Shown here piece after piece: positions 39,201-64,000 of a DNA stretch of 64,000 nt. The stretch is from Tubiluchus corallicola (taxonomy: Eukaryota > Animalia > Priapulida), in assembly GCA_030141605.1 (NCBI GenBank), contig JAQGDQ010000389.1:143592-207591 (forward strand), given 5' to 3'. Position numbers and translations under genes: made by a program. Every line of letters begins with the position of its first letter. The stretch's first letter is position 1. The notes below the pieces were generated by a model. The model saw only the letters and a program-made list of their open reading frames with translations. It did not search any database and was not told where the DNA came from.

Positions 39201-40163
39201 CACAATTCCAGAAGGATAAACACCACTCTTGTCTGCATACCTTGACTGGTCAGTGTACCATTTATTTATAAATCGTCCATTGGCTACTTAAGTTAACTGA
39301 AGATAGACACTTTCTGTTGGTGTACTTTTAGAGTTCAGTGACAATTTAAATTTCCAGGTATAAAATTCCACAGATAAGCAACCCGAAGGAAAATCTGAAT
39401 GTCCACTTAGCTGCTCTATGTCGATTTAAACATACTTGTAACAATCTTTGTATCTTGTTGCACACGATAATAATAATTGTTGCACAATAGCTGTAGACTA
39501 CAACGCGCCAGGCAGATAATGGTCAGTCACTCTGCTGATTTTAGCTGGAAATTACAAAGCCAGCAATTATATAATTATAAAAATTTGCTAATAATCAATA
39601 TTTGCTAGACGCCAAAAGCGGGGAGAAGTCAGTCGGAATTTGCCGATTGTCCATATTTACCGATACTAAGCTAATACAGTAGGCACCATGTATTAGACTT
39701 ATGGTAATGTAGAATCAATCACCTAATCATGTCAAAAACATCTAGTACTGGCCGCTCTGACATACAAGCTGCACACGTGTCGTCACATGCTGGTTGGTTA
39801 CACTGATGTAATGATGTAAGCAAAGTGACAGCCTGCCAACTAGTTGTCAGCTCGTGAAACAACAGACTGTGTCCGTAGGATGCGGGACTTTTAGCGGTCC
39901 AGATTTTGTCCAATATCCGTAAAAGCGTGGTCCGGCAAACCGAAATATGAGTGTATTGCTATTTAGTATTACCATTTAGTTAACCATTTTCTATCATTTT
40001 GCTTATTTCTCACGTAGCACAATGCGTACTCAACCTATTTTAACCCTTTTTCTATTGTTTAGGTCATTTCGTGCGCGAAGGTAAAGGGTTAATCAAAGCT
40101 ACAGCATCGGCGGGAAGCGTAAAACTCTCTCAGCAGGACTGGTTCAGCTCAATGCGGTTATAG
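26082..40163 (+). CDS. FAM185A: FAM185A-like protein (DUF4097/putative adhesin beta-repeat domain, probable mitochondrial presequence), 395 aa, 8 exons
   Basis: Exons 26082-26547, 29138-29247, 30366-30455, 32083-32209, 34674-34730, 36636-36728, 39105-39248 and 40063-40163 (1188 nt, in phase, GT-AG). Motifs '[18 protein letters not shown]', 'VPPKF', '[15 protein letters not shown]', 'DVDIYVS' and the C-terminal '[10 protein letters not shown]' parallel FAM185A. The start could instead be the ATG at 26094. Confidence 0.88.
26660..27071 (+). mobile_element. Family-B MITE copy
   Basis: Colinear similarity to 2052-2462; ends AGATATGAGTG|TA. Confidence 0.75.
27582..28052 (-). mobile_element. hAT-like MITE (family C); related copy at 30518-30955
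   Basis: Termini related to CAGGGTTCCC; internal similarity to 30518-30955 in opposite orientation. Confidence 0.6.
29483..29700 (+). mobile_element. tRNA-derived SINE related to 5925-6186
   Basis: A box TGGCTCAGTGTT, B box GGTTCAACTC, core GTCATTCCAAAGACTTCAAAAATGGTACC. Confidence 0.65.
29770..30340. repeat. Two abutting minisatellites (41-bp x ~9.5, then 35-bp x 5) ending ~25 bp before the FAM185A exon-3 acceptor
   Basis: GCACAGTTTACACTGTGAGATCTATATAGGTTTAAAACAAT, then ATGTTTGGTGGCTCCATCTGTATGTGAATATGTTG. Confidence 0.9.
30518..30955 (+). mobile_element. hAT-like MITE (family C)
   Basis: TIRs CAGGGTTCCCACA...TGTGGGAACCCTG; TSD not recognisable. Confidence 0.7.
32158..33969 (+). repeat. 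58-bp tandem repeat of the FAM185A exon-4 3' end plus 5' splice site (~31 copies)
   Basis: Unit TGTATGCAGATGCA(T/G)CAAAGTTTCT(C/T)ACACTCTGTGGTGCT(A/G)TACGCTTAG|GTAAGTT; the first copy is the coding exon end. Confidence 0.95.
34826..35284 (-). mobile_element. piggyBac-type MITE, copy 2
   Basis: TTAA TSDs, CCCTTTCA termini, reverse-complement match to 12105-12539. Confidence 0.85.
35810..36305. repeat. Interrupted (CA)n microsatellite
   Basis: Direct inspection. Confidence 0.95.
36859..39113 (+). repeat. 33-bp tandem repeat of the FAM185A exon-7 3' splice site plus first exon bases (~68 copies)
   Basis: Unit TGTTACGCTGTACTTTCTTACAG|GC(G/A)ATGTTAC; the last copy (…CTTCCAG|GCGATGTTGCC) is the real acceptor at 39103-39104. 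Confidence 0.95.
39605..39955 (-). mobile_element. Family-B MITE copy (one end eroded)
   Basis: Ends CCGAAATATGAGTG|TA; similar to the flanks of 19690-20745. Confidence 0.7.
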
Positions 40164-41206
40164 CAATCAGACGTTCGACCTTTCGGTCTAAAATGGTGCT
40201 AAAAACTTCTACCGGTGCTTCAGTTTCTCAACCTATGATGTCAGTTACCACTGCAGACCTATTATGTTCAATGTGCTCTTGCAAAGTCCAACATTTGTAC
40301 GGTTGCTAAGTGTTTTGTAGAAACGTGACAGAAAACCATGGCTGACTTTAACAGTGATTTGCTCAGGTTATATAATTCAGTGCTTAGCCTCAACCTCAAC
40401 TTCAACGTGGATTATCTCAACTTAGAAATAACATAGAGTGATGAACTTAGAGATATGTGAATACTTATGATATATGAATACTAGAAAAACTTACCAATTT
40501 ATGAACGATTTTGCTACGCAAACACTTAATTGTGTGTTTGTTCCGTCATTAATAATAATAATAATAATAATATTAATAATAATAATAATAATGACACTGT
40601 AGTTGATCAGTCATCTCCTCAAACTTGTATATATATCACCAAAAACTTTTTTATGTTAAAAAAGTGATTGTTTAATTTACATTATTTATACAAGCATAAT
40701 CGTCACATAATATAAATAACTTATCACAGATCAGAAAGACTATAAGAGCTCTTAAGTTTTTGTATACAATTCTATAATATCTTTAAACGATACATAGACG
40801 TCTTAAGCTTTTGTATACAATTGTATGATATCTTTCAACGATATGTAAATGTCCTAAGTTTTTGCATACCATTTTATAATATCTTAAATGATAAATAGAC
40901 GTCTTAAGTTTTTGTATACAATTCTATGATATCGTTCAACGATATGTAAATGTCTTAAGTTTTTGTATACAATTCTATGATATATTAAACGATACATAGA
41001 CGTCTTAAGTTTTTGTATACAATTCTATAATATCTTAAACGATACATAGACGTCTTAAGTTTTTGTATGCAATTCTATAATATCTTAAACGATACATAGA
41101 CGTCTTATGTTTTTGTATACAGTTCTATGAAATCTTTCAATGATACATAGACATCTTAAGTTTTTGTATACAATTCTATGATATCTTTCAACGATATGTA
41201 AACGTC

Positions 41207-60223
<19,017 letters not shown>

Positions 60224-61682
60224 TGCGTTTGATCCGTGCTAACAGTGACCACTAAAAACAGAGTAAACACAGCGAACAGCGTGTCTCACTTACTTAAACT
60301 CACGTCTTGCTCAGTTCGATGACCTCTATCTGAACAACAGCCAATTCGCCAAGTACTAACTTAATAGTAACAGCCATAACGGCTGCTATGGAACTTCATG
60401 TGCTCTCTGCTGTTATCGCTGACGTAGCAACTTAATAGACCAATCAGCAGGCAAGAAGGACGCATGCGCTCTTAAACGTTTAATGTTATGTCTGTTGGGT
60501 TTAGGACAACTATTATAAGATAGTAAGATTTCTTTCAGTCATAGCTAGAGAACGCTAATTTTTTCATGCTATTTGCACAACATATAGTAATGATTGATTG
60601 CTATAACATTCTTTACCGTCAAGAATTTGCCCAAAATAGTCATATTAGCCGAAAGCAACTATTTTTAGCTCTTAGCCTGCTCTATAGAGTGGTCTTAATT
60701 GAGACTCAATGTGCATGCATGTAATCCTCCTACGAAAATCAGATTCAATGTTTTAATTAATTAGTAGTATGACAAAGTTACATATAATATACTGCTTTAC
60801 AAAAATTTTAACCAATGCTCAATCTTGTGGAAACAATGTCAAAAATCACGTAATATGAAACATCAATTTTCTACGTTAAGAACATAGACATTTTTATTAC
60901 TACGTAATATTATTATCTATGGCAAAGACAGCATGGTTGTTCTAAGCTTTTTTGAATCATTTTTTATGAACAGAAATGTCAAAAATTGATTTTTTATTGC
61001 TGCACAAAGTAAAATAAAACAAACATTACTGCGAAACTTGTAAATACTAGTGTAACTACATAAAAAAATTCTAATTTTGCTCTCTAAATTTGCTTCATTG
61101 AGTTAATGACATCATAGCTAACATACTAAAAGTATATTAAAATTTTCATAACAGTAAAAACACTTTTCTTCTCCAGTTTTCTTGCTGCCGAATCAGCAGC
61201 GGAGTGAATATTTCGTTGTGACAGCTCAAAATTACAGACTGCTTCTCACAGCAAACACCAAGATGTCAGGTAGAAACTTTAAAAGAAATTGTAATCACAT
61301 TAATTTTTGGAATTTTATTCTTACTTCACAACACAAGCACCAAAAAACTATCGCGAAATTACATGACAAAACTGGAATATACAAGAAGATGTTAAAAAAT
61401 ATACAAGATGCTGATGAGTAAAACAATTAATTAATAAATGAAAGTTTAATAAAGAAAATTACAAAGATAAAATACAATTCCAAACATTTAAGATCAATGA
61501 AGTGTTTCAAACACCTGATAAATGAAAAATGTCACTTATAACACCAGTTATACTACATTTTAAACGACAGGCTGAATACATTATTCTCAAGAATCACTTT
61601 GAAATGCGAGATCTGGATTATTATTCTAAGGGAAAACTCTAGAGTGTCAGATAACAGCGTCTAGATGGCAGCACGAGCTCGT

Positions 61683-63065
61683 CTACTTGCAGCTGCAGTT
61701 AGTGCATTTGCAGTCTGCGCATTTACATCCTTCGTCGCAACACTTTTGTCCACACTTGCAAGAAGTACAGGTACACGGGTTGCACTTGCAATCCACTGAG
61801 CATGCGCAGTGAGCTGCTGTGCACTGGCAGTTGTCACCACATGTGCAGTTTACACATTTGCAAGCAGCTAAAAAAGTAAACAGAAAGTGTCGTCAACAAA
61901 AACAATAATAATTAATAATATCATTTGTGACAATAAAAACAAAACAATAGCAACAATAAGAACAAAAATGTACAACACTGATTAATTACAGCATGCATCT
62001 TTCTAATAAAATATTGATTTTTTTCTCACTTCACTAATCTCTCACAATAAGTGCAAATTATACTGACACCAGTAATACAACTGCAGGCTAAGGAATGCAC
62101 GCGCATGCGCAATAACAACTGTATAGAATACTTGTCGTTGTTGAAGATGTGTTGAGCCGTGTTAAATTTTAATCAATGGGCAACCAACCGGTTGAAAAAG
62201 CACTTGGACGCTTTAAAACTGAAGTTCATAACTAAATAATTATAATTATGCTTTAATTACTGGAAGCATTTTCTTATACTGGAGGTCTCTAAACTGAACA
62301 CAATTCAATTCAGTTTTGTTTTCTCAACATTAGCTAAAAACAATAATTATGTAACAATCTCGATGTATCTGAGGAGAATGCAGTTATACCTACTAAATAT
62401 TAAAAAGAACACTTAATTTTTAACTGAAAGCACAATTTAGCTGCTGTCCATTAGGAGTCTATAATAGAACAAAGTTGCTGTGATTGCAATATACTGTAAA
62501 TAATTTCTGGATACAATTTTTTTAATTACTACGAATTTTCTATAAGTTAGTTTAAAGTTGGGTAGAAGCTCCAAAATTATTAAAAATGTCGGATGCCAGT
62601 TGTCGATCTTCCCTCTACGAAGTTAGGACGCCACAGTTTTACCTTATTGAACTTTACTGCTTTCAAAATGTTTACTAAACAACTTTCGCTAATAACAGTT
62701 TATAGTTTGTTTCTGTTGGGTTAGGGTTAGTTTTTTCTGTTTTTTACTTGTCTTAAAAGCAGAGCTCTTTTATTTTAGAAGTCTTGTCTGCCCAAATAGA
62801 CGCAACGGGCATATGACGAATATTTTTACCAGCGACATCAACAGTTACTTTTAGTGTGAAAATTCCTTTAATATTTTTACACAATTTTGCCCGTCATTTT
62901 TTAAGTGCAAACTCGCATACAGTTTGATTAACTATATATTTCTGTCAGCTATACAGATTTGAAGTACACAACAAAGTCTGAAGAGTTAACCAAGAGTAAT
63001 TATATAATTATAGTGTTAACTTTTGTACCTAAAATTCTTATAACACACCTACCTGATTTTGGCAT
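61683..63065 (-). CDS. MT: Metallothionein, 65 aa with 22 Cys, 2 exons
   Basis: Exon 1 63065-63053 (ATGCCAAAATCAG|gtaggt) plus exon 2 61867-61683 (ttttttag|CT GCT TGC...AAG TAG) gives MPKSAACKCVNCTCGDNCQCTAAHCACSVDCKCNPCTCTSCKCGQKCCDEGCKCADCKCTNCSCK: ten CxC motifs and one CC, with no Phe/Tyr/Trp. Confidence 0.88.
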
Positions 63066-63163
63066 GTTGCTTGGGGTTTTTCTGATGACTTTTTCACGAG
63101 ACGTATGATTTATTCCTAGTAAAAGGGTTTGGGCTGATACGATAAGTTGCCAACTTGCCAGAC

Positions 63164-63638
63164 TTTATATACCAGCAGTGTTAAGACTTTGTTCTACGAT
63201 CCTGTAGCCTTGGGCAGTTTTAGCGCCATTAATCACATGACAAAGGACAGCAAACACCATGCATGTATACATTGTGTAACTTGCCATGCGGGAGGAGTGA
63301 CCAGTTTTCCTTTTTTGAAAATATTTGCCTAGCGCCCCGTGGTCGTGACGTCATTGCCAGAGAGGACGAATGTTGCCGTGGGAGGAATGTAGGTGAAAAT
63401 GGCGCAGGTGAAAATGGCACAGCTAAAACGGCGTAGGTAAAAATGGCACCAGTAAAAATGTCGCAGATAAAACGGCGTAGGTAAATATGGCACCAGTAAA
63501 AATGTCACAGGTAAAGATGGAACGGCAAAATGGCATGGCAAAAATATAATCGTCAAAGACATCTCTAACTCAATGTAAATGGTTCTGGCGATTCAGAAAC
63601 TTTTTCGTTGAGAAGCATTGCGTCTCTAAGCTGAGTCA
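63164..63638 (-). promoter_or_regulatory. Metallothionein promoter: TATA box (~63164-63171), CRE (63346-63353), ARE/AP-1 (TGACTCAGC, 63630-63638)
   Basis: TATATAAA on the minus strand about 100 nt upstream of the ATG; exact consensus matches to TGACGTCA and TGACnnnGC/TGACTCA. Confidence 0.55.
63390..63545. repeat. ~15-bp degenerate tandem repeat (AGGTAAAAATGGCAC) upstream of MT, probably a transposon subterminal array
   Basis: About 10 imperfect copies seen directly; the transposon origin is inferred. Confidence 0.6.
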
Positions 63639-64000
63639 CTGAACTGGCAGAGGTGTCTTTACCTTGCTTGGATACGTCTTTCCTCTAAACAGCTAGAATC
63701 AGCAGGACGAAAAAAAACAGGACAGAGTCACCCATTCACCGACTCAATGTTGCTTAACTTCAATTGTTGAGCACTTATCAAGACTACTCTGTTATACACT
63801 TTTGTCTTTAAGCTTTGAGTTACTCAAGTTACCTAACGAATACTTAGGTCTTTATTATACATGTTATATTACTTTGTTAAGTGTATATTAGTCGCAAAAG
63901 TACATTTATACCAGGGTGAATGGGCGTATTCTGCAAATGCATGTAAATAAAAACAGCAAAAACAGCAATGGCCCGCTAGGATTTTTCAGGATTTATTTTT

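Overview
AT-rich, intron-containing animal genomic DNA (an invertebrate, plausibly a lophotrochozoan; the taxon is an inference). By reading splice sites and codon phases I reconstructed five spliced protein genes: the 5' part of TMEM214 (-, runs off the left edge), ARL5 (+, 6 exons, 178 aa, head-to-head with TMEM214), FAM185A (+, 8 exons, 395 aa), an SLC36 proton-coupled amino-acid transporter (-, 11 exons, 455 aa, convergent with FAM185A) and a 65-aa, 22-Cys metallothionein (-, 2 exons, absent from the ORF track). The introns hold non-autonomous DNA transposons (hAT, Tc1/mariner-pogo, piggyBac, Kolobok-like), tRNA-derived SINEs, LINE/RTE remnants and many minisatellites. The most striking pattern is that several minisatellites are tandem amplifications of the genes' own functional boundaries: three 5' splice sites, one 3' splice site and one stop codon, each at about 10-68 copies. 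These arrays of intact decoy splice sites could act as recursive splice points, in-frame cassette micro-exons or templates for exon-end conversion. Most long ORFs in the supplied track are repeat artefacts. Gene names come from recalled similarity to known proteins; no database search was run.
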